Below, one piece after another: positions 36,794 through 46,138 of a stretch of 64,000 nucleotides of DNA. The stretch is taken from positions 267,569-331,568 of the forward strand of contig BOLA01000001.1 of assembly GCA_016861265.1 (NCBI GenBank). The letters are read 5' to 3'. How positions within the stretch are numbered: position 1 is the first letter of the stretch; each line of letters opens with the position of its first letter. A program made the translations under genes and the position numbers. This stretch comes from Patescibacteria group bacterium (GTDB lineage Bacteria; Patescibacteriota; Dojkabacteria; J137). The notes below the pieces were generated by a model. The model made no database searches. It had not been told where the DNA came from and was given only the letters and a program-made list of their open reading frames with translations.

Positions 36794-37957
36794 TTAGAAC
36801 TTCGACCAGTCGAAGGGCTTACGTGGCGGGCGCGGGGTCGAAACATCTTCTTCCGCCTCCCCACTTTCGAAGACAGCCTGACCTTCCGCCTTGGGGTGAC
36901 CAATCGGCCAGGCATGGCGATAATTCTCGAACTCATCCCCGGGCTTCGGCATGACACCGAAGTTGGGCAAACGAGTCTGAGCGCCGGCATCGATCTTGGC
37001 GACTTCCAGCGCGTACCAGATTGCGTTGGCATCGCGCTGCGAAATCGGCTGGTTCGTACCGCGCGTTGTCTCGATCAGGAAATCAACCAAACGCTGCTGC
37101 GTCACGCCGACGTTCTCGGTGATGTAGATGATCGCAACCTGAGTTTCAGCGATCAGGTCAGCATTGGGGACAAGGACAACGCGTCCTTTACCCAAAGTGC
37201 TTTCCCAGAAGCTGGTCACGTGGTTGCGTGTTGCTGCTTGACCACCACGCGCCACCTGAAGGTAGAACGTGTGCCACGCCTTATTCAGGCTGCGGGCGAG
37301 ATCACTGGTCTTGGTCGTGGATTGCAGACCAATCCCCAAGTGCAGCATTGCTGCTTCCTTGGTGATGCTGCCGCGACCTTCTTGGTCACCGACAATCATC
37401 ATGTAGCCTTTGAGGCCGTACATGGTATAGATGTCGGTCTGGACAGCGCGATCAACGTAGGCGAGCGCCATGTCGTAGTCTTCAACCGGATCGCCGCCGC
37501 TTTCCGCTGCGAGCAGAAGACGAAGCTGTTCAGCAATCCGATTGTCGGACTCGAACTGAGTCTGTTGATAGACCGGTTTGCTGTCGTCAACGTCCTGAAC
37601 CACTGCGGATGAGAGCTGCATGTTGTAGCGCTCCCGGGCGAAACCCAGCATGTCGTAGATCGTGCCAAGCTCAAAGAAAGCCTTGCCCACGTTCTCGCCC
37701 ATGCTGGCAGTACCGTCGAATACCGTGAGCAACGGCATCGCCGGGCCATTCTTGAGGATGGTCTTGTCGCCTTCACGCACCAAAGCGTTACGCGACTTAC
37801 GGGTCTTGCCATTGATGTCCACCAACGGATCGACCTTACCGGTTGCGCGGAAAACACGATCACCGACCTCGTGTACCGTCTCACGACGGGCTTTCATGGT
37901 GGCGACCGTTTCTTCGAACTTGGCACTGCTGAAGGTTGCGACGTCTGTTGTACGCAT
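36794..37957 (-). CDS. vWA-like (MIDAS D-x-T-x-S) domain protein (GC-rich island F)
   Basis: LLTVFDGTASMGE; about 58% GC. Confidence 0.45.
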   Translation of the reverse strand: MRTTDVATFSSAKFEETVATMKARRETVHEVGDRVFRATGKVDPLVDINGKTRKSRNALVREGDKTILKNGPAMPLLTVFDGTASMGENVGKAFFELGTIYDMLGFARERYNMQLSSAVVQDVDDSKPVYQQTQFESDNRIAEQLRLLLAAESGGDPVEDYDMALAYVDRAVQTDIYTMYGLKGYMMIVGDQEGRGSITKEAAMLHLGIGLQSTTKTSDLARSLNKAWHTFYLQVARGGQAATRNHVTSFWESTLGKGRVVLVPNADLIAETQVAIIYITENVGVTQQRLVDFLIETTRGTNQPISQRDANAIWYALEVAKIDAGAQTRLPNFGVMPKPGDEFENYRHAWPIGHPKAEGQAVFESGEAEEDVSTPRPPRKPFDWSKF

Positions 37958-38020
37958 GATTGTTGTCTCTGCTTTCTTGGATTTGTTTTAGATTCGGATT
38001 GAGTTGGGCGAATGCCTGAG

Positions 38021-38938
38021 TTACAGGCTGTAGGTCACGAACTGGTGAAAATCACGCTTAAAACGATCAGTACCTTCGATGGGCTTTTTGGGCCAGAAGA
38101 TATCTGCCTGTGCGTAGATGATGCTGTGCTCAGCACCAGCGCCGTCGGTGCTTCCGTCCATAATGCGACGGAGCGAGTCAATGTACTGCGTGTGGTGTTC
38201 AGCCGAAAGGAGCGCTGCATCGTGAGGGGGATTGTTGTCCCCGCCGCCCACAGCATTCCACAGCATTTTCGCTGCGGCCGAAACTTCCGCCATACATTCT
38301 GATTTGCTGGCGTCCTCGTTCGCTTCTGAGAAGTCGAGGACAAAGACACCGTGAACATCCTTTTCGATCAGGACGTTCGTGGCGTCGACCATGCCAACAG
38401 TGAAGCCCAGCGAGTGGACAAAGTCCAAAAGCTTGAGCAACTTGCCCAGCACCCACGTGCCGGTCTTGAGATCGATGCGCTGACCGTCAAGCACTCGCGC
38501 CAGCGGGAAAAGCTGTTTGTATGTGTTGATGCTCGGGTGGTAACCCAAGACCATCACAAAACGCCCATCTTCACCCACGAACGAATCGAGTAATGTCGGG
38601 AAAAGCGCTCCGTAGTTCAGCGGATTCTCGCCCCGGCCGACCGCTTCCGCATCCAAGTCCGTCGCGATCTGCTGCAAAGTGCGCAGAATACGCGATTCGG
38701 TTTCGAGGATGTGGTTGAGGTCGACGGTTGCAGCGATCTTCATCAGCCCCATTTGTCCCGAAGGGAGTTTGGCAACATAGAGCTTCCAGCTTTCGGTGGT
38801 GACCAATGCGGTGCCGCCGATGCTGAAAATTTCGTAAGTGCCATTCGCGCCGTCGATTTCGGTCATGCTCGTAAGAGCCGACCCCGAAGTTGAGTCATCA
38901 CCAACTGGTGCAGTCCCGAGAAATTCCTTGTCGTCCAT
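38021..38938 (-). CDS. protein-kinase-like fold protein with atypical catalytic loop (GC-rich island F)
   Basis: GLMKIAAT (VAIK-like), VGMVDATNVLI (catalytic-loop-like, D-x2-N not D-x4-N), VLDFSEA (DFG-like). Confidence 0.4.
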   Translation of the reverse strand: MDDKEFLGTAPVGDDSTSGSALTSMTEIDGANGTYEIFSIGGTALVTTESWKLYVAKLPSGQMGLMKIAATVDLNHILETESRILRTLQQIATDLDAEAVGRGENPLNYGALFPTLLDSFVGEDGRFVMVLGYHPSINTYKQLFPLARVLDGQRIDLKTGTWVLGKLLKLLDFVHSLGFTVGMVDATNVLIEKDVHGVFVLDFSEANEDASKSECMAEVSAAAKMLWNAVGGGDNNPPHDAALLSAEHHTQYIDSLRRIMDGSTDGAGAEHSIIYAQADIFWPKKPIEGTDRFKRDFHQFVTYSL

Positions 38939-39239
38939 TGTGTACCTTCCTTATATTGTCGAATGTGTATGATTACCAGGATATTCCCTAGTAACAGCCA
39001 CACCCTAAAGACATAATCTACAGAGTGTGACTGTTACGGTAACCTTACTTTAGCTATTCACTTGTTAATGTACTTTCCGAGATTTAAAATCATCGGACTC
39101 TCAAAAGAGATTGATTTGTACCTTTAGCAAACTTCTTTCGAAGATTTATTAATTAAGTACATTGAGATTGTATTAGCGAATGGATATATAAGCCTGATAG
39201 CAAAAGTCAGGCAGCAGTAGATATATGCCATATATAATT

Positions 39240-39430
39240 AAATTTCTGACAATTGCTGACAAATCAAAAAGAAAATAGAAACTGACACTTTTTATTTTGT
39301 TTACTGGTAAGTGTTTTAAAGAAAGTGGGCACAAACTGACATAGAAAATGTAGAAAATTTGAAGAAAATTGACAAAATTTAGGAAAACCCACTAAAAATA
39401 GCGCTCTTTAGTAGTTTTTTGATTTTTATA
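39240..39430 (+). repeat. Intergenic cluster of short direct repeats (CTGACA x4; GAAAAT/ACAAAAT x5 at about 10-bp phase) ending in a palindromic hairpin plus T-tract
   Basis: tagaaaatg/tagaaaattt/gaagaaaatt/gacaaaattt at 39342-39380; ACTAAAAATAGCGCTCTTTAGT then AGTTTTTTGATTTTTAT at 39391-39428. Confidence 0.35.
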
Positions 39431-39511
39431 GAAGAAATCTGGCTTTATTGAATTGTTTAACTCTAGTTAAAAAGAAATAATTACTGTTAATAAGCTATAA
39501 TTACTGCAAAC

Positions 39512-40786
39512 ATGAATCATCAAAACACAAGCACAATCTGGGACGTAATAGTAATTGGCGCAGGTCCAGCCGGCCTTATGGCTGCAGGTCGAGCTGCTGA
39601 GCGTGGTAAAAGCGTACTACTATTAGAAAAGAATCCATACATAGGTAAAAAACTTTTAATTACAGGTGGTGGCGGATGCAACGTTACAAACAATAAACCA
39701 GAAGTACAACAATTAGTTAATAGCTACAAAGGTTCCCCTAAAGCTCTCTACTCTGTTTTTAGTCAATTCGATGTTACAAATACTTTAGAGTTTTTCCATA
39801 ACAAAGGAATGCCTACTAAATTAGAAGCAGAAGGCAGAATATTCCCTGAAAGTAACAAGGCTCAATCTGTTTGGAATGTTTTAAATGAATACATTACAAC
39901 AAACAAAGTTACATTAAAAACAAATGCTGTAGTTACAGGAATAACTTTAAACGAAGATAAAACTTTTAAAATTAAACTAGTTAACGATGCTGTTGTTGGC
40001 AAAGCATGCATTGTTGCAACTGGTGGAACTAGTCACCCAGAAACAGGTTCCACTGGTGATGGTTTTAAATGGTTAAAACAATTAGGGCATACAATTAATC
40101 CTAATTCATTTTCTTTGGTACCAATTGCATTAAAAGAAACCTGGGTTAAAGATGTTAGCGGTATAGCATTAGAAGATGCAGTTATTCGTGTTTATTTAGA
40201 TGGTAAAAGACAAGCACATAAACAAGGTAAAATCTTGTTTACTCATTTTGGATTAAGTGGACCAGCTGTTTTAAATTTGAGCAGTCAAATTGGTGAACTA
40301 CTACAGTATGGCAATGTAAGTTTAGAAATTGATTTACTACCGCAATACGATAATGGAATGTTAAAAACAGAACTATTCAATGTACTTACTACAGATATAA
40401 ATAAGAAGATTAAAAATACATTGAATAATTTAATTGCTAGTGGATTAGTTTTAACTGTATTAAAGTTAGCAAACGTGGATACAGACAAAGCCAACAATAG
40501 TATTACAAAAGAAGAACGTTTACGTTTAGCACAAATATTAAAAGCAATTCCAGCTAATGTTAAACATTTACTTGGTGCCGATAAAGCAATTGTAAGTTCC
40601 GGTGGAGTTGATATTAACGAAGTTGATTTTAAAACAATGCAATCTAGATTAATACCAAACCTATATATTATTGGGGATTTATTAGATATTGATAGACCAA
40701 GTGGTGGTTATAGTTTGCAGTTGTGCTGGAGTATGGGGATGGTGAGTGGGGGCCTATTTAAAAGTTGCAAGCTGAGGTATTTTTAG
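39512..40786 (+). CDS. HI0933/BaiN-family FAD-dependent flavoprotein
   Basis: VIVIGAGPAGLMAAGRAAERGKSVLLLEKN, GGGGCNVTN, typical about 420-aa length. Confidence 0.85.
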   Translation: MNHQNTSTIWDVIVIGAGPAGLMAAGRAAERGKSVLLLEKNPYIGKKLLITGGGGCNVTNNKPEVQQLVNSYKGSPKALYSVFSQFDVTNTLEFFHNKGMPTKLEAEGRIFPESNKAQSVWNVLNEYITTNKVTLKTNAVVTGITLNEDKTFKIKLVNDAVVGKACIVATGGTSHPETGSTGDGFKWLKQLGHTINPNSFSLVPIALKETWVKDVSGIALEDAVIRVYLDGKRQAHKQGKILFTHFGLSGPAVLNLSSQIGELLQYGNVSLEIDLLPQYDNGMLKTELFNVLTTDINKKIKNTLNNLIASGLVLTVLKLANVDTDKANNSITKEERLRLAQILKAIPANVKHLLGADKAIVSSGGVDINEVDFKTMQSRLIPNLYIIGDLLDIDRPSGGYSLQLCWSMGMVSGGLFKSCKLRYF

Positions 40787-42157
40787 AAAAATAATACCTC
40801 TGGCAATCATAATATTGTCTTTTATAACATAACATTCCACATAATGATCTCCAATGTATGCAATTTGTTCTTTACGTATTTTGGTGCCATCATCTTCCCA
40901 AATTTGACCCCTTAACTTCTTAGCATATTTACCTGTATTTCTAATTTTCCAGAAAATTTGAACTGGATCATATGTACTTATGACTTCATTATCTTCTATA
41001 TAATATTCTAAGTTTGCTGATCTTCTAAAAAACGTGACTTCAGATAAAAGAGTAGGGTTTGGATTCCCATTTTGAGTCACTATTGCATTGAGTTTTATTT
41101 TTAGTAAATTAGGACTTACACTAAATCCTTTTTCTTCTATAAACTGCTCAACATCCGATGGAAAGTTCTTCACAGCCCAAGAGATGAAGGAATGGAAAGC
41201 CATCGAAATCGGATAACTTTTAATTGATTCATCGTCTTCAATTACCTTAAATTGATCACCAAATATTTGATTCCATTTCTTGGAACTTTCAACTACATCC
41301 TGCAAATCTAGGGCCTCTTTTGCGATATTAAGTGATTCATCTACTATTCTCATAAACTTCTTAAATTCGTCTAAAGACATTGAGATTTTTAAATATTCGC
41401 CCTCTAAACCTGGATCTTTAAGTTCTGGGATTGATGACAATGTCTCGAAGTTACTATATTTATTAGATATAGATTCTAGAACACTTGTAAATAATTCAGC
41501 ATAAGTATCTTTAGCTTGGAAATTATCCCCTACTAAAAACTCAATCCAGAATCCTTTCGGTTGCGGTTTTTTTACTTTTGAATTTAGTTTCCACCAATAC
41601 TTAAAAATCTTCACCAATGGGACGAACATTTCTTTACTTTTTTCCAATGAATTTAAGTTAGAAGTGTATTCAGTATGTGCCTTTGGATGACTATAGACCC
41701 ATTTACTTAGTTCCTTATCTGGAATTAATAGCTTACTGTCTCCATCAGTTTCAACTACTGTAGGTAGGACATCTAGAGTCATCTCAACATCTGGGTGTTC
41801 GGGCAATGCTTGCTTTACTTTTACAGATTTACGGGAATACTCAAGATTATCTGCATCCTCATAATGTTCATTCAAGCTTTTCTTCAACTTTGCTAACACT
41901 TTAGCAGGTGTATTTTCTTCTTTGGATGGATCAAAATCAGTAAGAATCGCGATATCAATATCTTTAATATCCCCTACTGCGGTATGTCTCTTATAAGAAC
42001 CATATAGAAATGATCCAATAACATTTTCTGCAATAGTAGCATCATTCTCAAGATGTTCTCGAATAGTTGAATGTGCCTCTTTTGCAAAATTTTTTTGTTC
42101 TGGATCTGGTTCAATATTTGTTAAAAAATCATCAAAGCAAGTATTAAGAGTTGCCAT
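40754..42157 (-). CDS. CD-NTase-like (SMODS) cyclic oligonucleotide synthase with about 130-aa C-terminal extension
   Basis: GSFLYGSYKRHTAVGDIKDIDIAIL (GS..R.TA...D.D), third Asp in MTLDVLPTV, KGFWIEFLV helix. Confidence 0.55.
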   Translation of the reverse strand: MATLNTCFDDFLTNIEPDPEQKNFAKEAHSTIREHLENDATIAENVIGSFLYGSYKRHTAVGDIKDIDIAILTDFDPSKEENTPAKVLAKLKKSLNEHYEDADNLEYSRKSVKVKQALPEHPDVEMTLDVLPTVVETDGDSKLLIPDKELSKWVYSHPKAHTEYTSNLNSLEKSKEMFVPLVKIFKYWWKLNSKVKKPQPKGFWIEFLVGDNFQAKDTYAELFTSVLESISNKYSNFETLSSIPELKDPGLEGEYLKISMSLDEFKKFMRIVDESLNIAKEALDLQDVVESSKKWNQIFGDQFKVIEDDESIKSYPISMAFHSFISWAVKNFPSDVEQFIEEKGFSVSPNLLKIKLNAIVTQNGNPNPTLLSEVTFFRRSANLEYYIEDNEVISTYDPVQIFWKIRNTGKYAKKLRGQIWEDDGTKIRKEQIAYIGDHYVECYVIKDNIMIARGIIFLKIPQLATFK

Positions 42158-42158
42158 A

Positions 42159-43529
42159 TTAAAAAGTACTATTTGTAATTATTGTTGCACGCTGATATAT
42201 TTCTCTATCCGCACCCAAAAAATATACATGGAGCTTTGCATTAAGAGAATCTAGTTTGTGTCCCGCCATTAGCGAGATAGGTTTAGGAATAGCCAAAAAT
42301 AAATGTATATCTTTGATTCCCCAACTTTGAATCTCCATAATAGAATTAGACAATTCTTTTGCTACAATTGAAGCATGCGCGGAGTTTGAAACTCTTCCAT
42401 CCACAATGTATTTATGTACTATATATTTTATTGTAGGAAAGTTTCTGTCATTTATATTTTTTAAAACAATATCTTTTAAGTCTTTTCGACCAACAGCATC
42501 AAAGATTAGTACAGCTTCTGTAGAACTATTATCTATTATTAAAGGTTCTTGTGATTTTATTCTTGATTCTACAGCTGGAGTATCCTCTTCAACACTACTC
42601 CACAATTGTTTTTTGTAGATTACCTTGAATTGGATTCTATTTTTTCTAAAAGCTAGGCCTAGTTGAAACGCAAGGGAAATCTCAATATCTGTATAGATTA
42701 TTATATTTTCGTACATGGATGTAGACTTTATAATTTCTACCAAAGCTTTTATAGATTCGATAATTTTCCTATTCCTATCTTCTAACTGTTCTTTGCTTAC
42801 GTAAAAATCCTCGAAGTACACTGTTAAATCAACTACCTGATCAAAAGTTGAATTTTTCTGTGTGGTTACTCCTAAGTAAAGTGTTCTCGGTTTTACTGAA
42901 GTAACTTTTTTAAATATATTTTGGGTTTGATTAAGTTCTAGTAGTATTTCCTTTATTTTTTCTTTTTCATTTAGAATTTCTTTAGAAGTTTTCAAGATTG
43001 TCTTCCTAGTAAGCACATTCAAGTCAGAAATTTTAAGATCAAAAAATTTGTCAGTAGGAAGATTCTTTGAATAATATTTATACACTAGATCGGGATAATT
43101 ATCTAAAGAACTCATTAAATCACTCCAAAAAACGGGCGTTACCATACTCTGTCCCTGAGCTAATCTATTCTTACTTAAAGCCAAGCACATTGAAGTTATT
43201 TTCGAATCACTCGCAGCACTAGTTACATAATAAAAATTGTTTAACTTAATACCTGCCTTCTTAAGCTTTTCTAAACTTTCTGTTATATCAGCTTCCATTA
43301 CCGATTGAATCTTATTAGTTGGAACATCTAAATGATTTTTGCATTGAATGCCCTCAATTTCGTTAGTTCCAAAATTAAACCCCAAAATATCTAATCCATA
43401 TTGAGCTTGTCCTTTTCTACCAAATCTTTGTAGATTGGGATTTATGAACTTCCGTGAAAAGATATCGCAGACTAAATCTTCGAAAAAGCTATCATCTTTA
43501 AGTTTTGGTAAATCAAAGATTCCACTCAT
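42159..43529 (-). CDS. Cap4-like effector: N-terminal Mrr-like PD-(D/E)xK nuclease plus large C-terminal (SAVED-like) domain
   Basis: GLDILGFNFGTNEIEGIQCKNH resembles the Mrr_cat motif; about 330-aa C-terminal domain; directly upstream of the CD-NTase with 1-nt spacing. Confidence 0.45.
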   Translation of the reverse strand: MSGIFDLPKLKDDSFFEDLVCDIFSRKFINPNLQRFGRKGQAQYGLDILGFNFGTNEIEGIQCKNHLDVPTNKIQSVMEADITESLEKLKKAGIKLNNFYYVTSAASDSKITSMCLALSKNRLAQGQSMVTPVFWSDLMSSLDNYPDLVYKYYSKNLPTDKFFDLKISDLNVLTRKTILKTSKEILNEKEKIKEILLELNQTQNIFKKVTSVKPRTLYLGVTTQKNSTFDQVVDLTVYFEDFYVSKEQLEDRNRKIIESIKALVEIIKSTSMYENIIIYTDIEISLAFQLGLAFRKNRIQFKVIYKKQLWSSVEEDTPAVESRIKSQEPLIIDNSSTEAVLIFDAVGRKDLKDIVLKNINDRNFPTIKYIVHKYIVDGRVSNSAHASIVAKELSNSIMEIQSWGIKDIHLFLAIPKPISLMAGHKLDSLNAKLHVYFLGADREIYQRATIITNSTF

Positions 43530-43577
43530 ATTGAATTTGTATTATTTCTGTAAATCATAACATTCGTATACCAAATC

Positions 43578-43591
43578 TTGTCCATAGACAA
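43578..43591. promoter_or_regulatory. Palindrome TTGTC-CATA-GACAA in divergent promoter region (Cap4-like gene vs ABC-F gene)
   Basis: Read directly from the sequence; an extended -10 TGTATAAT lies at 43616-43623 (+). Confidence 0.3.
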
Positions 43592-43749
43592 ATTTTGCAC
43601 TCAGATAACCTTTCCTGTATAATCCCTTCATGTACATCAATACATCAACACAAATCTTCTTGCTTTCCTTCAAAGCAGCAATATTAAGCTAAGTATATTT
43701 GCACGCCTATACGATTTAGGCACTAACTTAGATTTAATATTAAAACACC

Positions 43750-45219
43750 ATGTTAAGAGTAAACAATTTATCAATAGAATTTAGTAAACAGTTATTTAAT
43801 AACATTTCATTTACCTTAGGCAACAAAGAAAAGGTTGGTCTTATAGGCCTTAATGGAACAGGCAAAACTACTCTGCTGCGCTTACTTGCAGGTCTAGAAG
43901 TTGCAGACAGCGGAAAAATAGAAATATCTAAAGATGAACACCTTGAATACTTACCTCAGGAATATTCATTTAAAGACGACTTAATGGTTGGCGAAGTTTT
44001 AGAAGAAATGATTACCAACCCTAAAACCGAAATGTTTAAGGTTACAAAAGTTTTAAACAAGCTTGGATTAACCGATATTGATTACTATGCCTTTGTTAAT
44101 ACATTAAGCGAAGGTCAAAAAATGAAGTTGTATTTAGCAAAGCTGTTAATAAACAACCCAACAATATTATTACTAGATGAACCAACTAACCACTTAGATA
44201 TTACAGGCATTAGGTGGCTTGAAGGCTTTATTAAGCAGTTCGATGGCATTTGCATTATCATTTCGCACGACAGAGTTTTTTTGAACAATGTAATTACAGA
44301 TGTATTCGAAATTGATGAACAAAAGTTAAATATATTTAAAGGTAATTACAATGATTACTTGGTTCAAAAAGCAGACTTACTAGAAAAACGTAAAACTCAA
44401 TACTTTTTGCAAGAAAAGCATCGTGAAAAACTAATTAATTTAATAGAAAAAACGCATACCTATGCAGCTGGTGAAAAGCAAAGCCGTGCCCTAAGTGCTG
44501 CAAAGCACAGACTTATTCGAGAAGTTTTAAGTAAAGAAATAAGTGAATACAAGGAACAAAAAATATCTGATATTGAAATTGCAGGATCTGTACATAAATC
44601 TAAACAGATTATTAAAATTAGGAATTTAAATTTTTGTTACGGCAATAATGCAATTGTTAAAGATGCAAACTTTGATATGTATGGTAAAGAGAAAATCTGG
44701 CTTGTTGGCGCAAATGGAACTGGTAAAACTACACTAGTAAAATTAATACTTGGTAAGTTAAAGCCAGATTCAGGGGAAATAAAACTGGGAGATAATTTAA
44801 AGTGGGCATATTTTTCGCAGGATCAATCGCATTTAGATATGAATGCAACTGTAGAAGATTTCTTTTTAACCAATACAGGTATTAGTTACAATCAATCATT
44901 TAATGTAATGGCAAAATTCTTGTTTGGCAAAGAACAACGTACAACTAAAATTAAAAATTTAAGTCCTGGGCAAAGAGCCAGATTATCTTTTGCAGTGTTC
45001 AGTTTAAAGGAATATGACTTTATGATTTTAGACGAACCAACTAATCATATAGATATAAAATCAAAAGAAGTTATAGAAGAATCTTTAAATAATTACAAAG
45101 GTTCAATATTTGTTGTATCTCACGATAGATACTTTGTAAAAAACATTGGAGTAACAAGAGCAATAACGTTAAACAATAATAAAATTGCTGAAGTTAAGAA
45201 TATTGAGGATGAATTTTGA
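43750..45219 (+). CDS. ABC-F family ATPase (second copy)
   Basis: GLNGTGKTTLL / LSEGQKMKL / LLLDEPTNHLD and GANGTGKTTL / LSPGQRARL / ILDEPTNHID. Confidence 0.85.
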   Translation: MLRVNNLSIEFSKQLFNNISFTLGNKEKVGLIGLNGTGKTTLLRLLAGLEVADSGKIEISKDEHLEYLPQEYSFKDDLMVGEVLEEMITNPKTEMFKVTKVLNKLGLTDIDYYAFVNTLSEGQKMKLYLAKLLINNPTILLLDEPTNHLDITGIRWLEGFIKQFDGICIIISHDRVFLNNVITDVFEIDEQKLNIFKGNYNDYLVQKADLLEKRKTQYFLQEKHREKLINLIEKTHTYAAGEKQSRALSAAKHRLIREVLSKEISEYKEQKISDIEIAGSVHKSKQIIKIRNLNFCYGNNAIVKDANFDMYGKEKIWLVGANGTGKTTLVKLILGKLKPDSGEIKLGDNLKWAYFSQDQSHLDMNATVEDFFLTNTGISYNQSFNVMAKFLFGKEQRTTKIKNLSPGQRARLSFAVFSLKEYDFMILDEPTNHIDIKSKEVIEESLNNYKGSIFVVSHDRYFVKNIGVTRAITLNNNKIAEVKNIEDEF

Positions 45220-45239
45220 AAGGAATAATTTGTTGCAGG

Positions 45240-45275
45240 ACCTCCGTTCCTACAACAAATATTGCTTGAACAGAA
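45240..45275. terminator. hairpin between convergent genes
   Basis: TTTGTTGCAGGA-cctccgt-TCCTACAACAAA, 12-bp stem with one mismatch. Confidence 0.4.
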
Positions 45276-45284
45276 ATCCTGCTA

Positions 45285-46019
45285 TTACCGATCGGGCTTG
45301 GGGTGCCACAGAGGGCGCACCACGCCGCGGTAAACCGCGAGCCCGAAAATTGCCACTGCAATGACTAACCAAATGGTCGCCCACTGGTTGCCATTCAAGA
45401 ACGGGTACAGCTGAGAAAACTGGACCGCATCGTTATGGTGGTCCTGTCGCGACAGCTGCTCCAGAGCGCGTAATCCGTTAATGGCGTCCAGCGCAACGTA
45501 CGCCGATAACACGTTGATTAAGCCTACCCCTATGTGCCACGGCAAGTACTTGCTCACCAGAAAGACCACTACTGACAGTACGACCGCCACGATCACCGTG
45601 AGCTGAGTGCCGGTTGCTTGGTCGGGTTGCGCGTAAGTCAAGGCGAACAACCCCATAACAATCCCCACCCCGAACGCCACAACGGCGCCCCACTGGTAAC
45701 GATTGTTGAAATAGAACACAACCGACCCAATCAGAGCCGAACCCAGATAGCCTGCAGGCAGAATTAACGTCCACCATCCACCGGCGGACTGAACGTATCC
45801 ACCGCCGTCGGAACCTACGACTAGCGCCATCACACGGCCACCAGTAATCCAGGTGGCAAATGCGTGGCCAAACTCATGAACCAACACCTGCACAAAGTGC
45901 AGACTCCGATTAACCACGAACATGTTACTGTCCGTGACAATCAGGTGCAGAACAACCGCCACAAGGACGGTCACCGACGCCATGATAACAGCGTAGGATT
46001 TATTCGTCGGGTAACGCAT
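45285..46019 (-). CDS. M50B-like membrane metallopeptidase (HExxH) (GC-rich island G)
   Basis: HEFGH within a TM protein; about 56% GC; extended -10 TGATATAAT at 46060-46068 and SD AAAGGAG. Confidence 0.55.
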   Translation of the reverse strand: MRYPTNKSYAVIMASVTVLVAVVLHLIVTDSNMFVVNRSLHFVQVLVHEFGHAFATWITGGRVMALVVGSDGGGYVQSAGGWWTLILPAGYLGSALIGSVVFYFNNRYQWGAVVAFGVGIVMGLFALTYAQPDQATGTQLTVIVAVVLSVVVFLVSKYLPWHIGVGLINVLSAYVALDAINGLRALEQLSRQDHHNDAVQFSQLYPFLNGNQWATIWLVIAVAIFGLAVYRGVVRPLWHPKPDR

Positions 46020-46087
46020 TATAACGATAGCTCCTTTTCAACGAACTCGGTATATAGTAATTATATCATTTGCAGAGTAAATATTAA

Positions 46088-46113
46088 AGCGCAATAAAGC
46101 CCGCCTTGCGGCG
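46088..46113 (-). terminator. rho-independent terminator after 46139-46516
   Basis: AAGCCCGCC-gcaa-GGCGGGCTT then TTATTGCGCTTTAAT on the minus strand. Confidence 0.6.
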
Positions 46114-46138
46114 GGCTTAGTGTAACTTTAATTCAGCT

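Noticed and set aside
37399-38456. ORFs 37399-37884(-), 37662-37991(+), 38012-38302(+), 38035-38358(-), 38199-38456(-) and 38351-38893(+) in the GC-rich island
   Set aside because: Off-frame within the vWA and kinase-like genes, with Arg/Ser/Pro-rich translations typical of GC-rich alternative frames.
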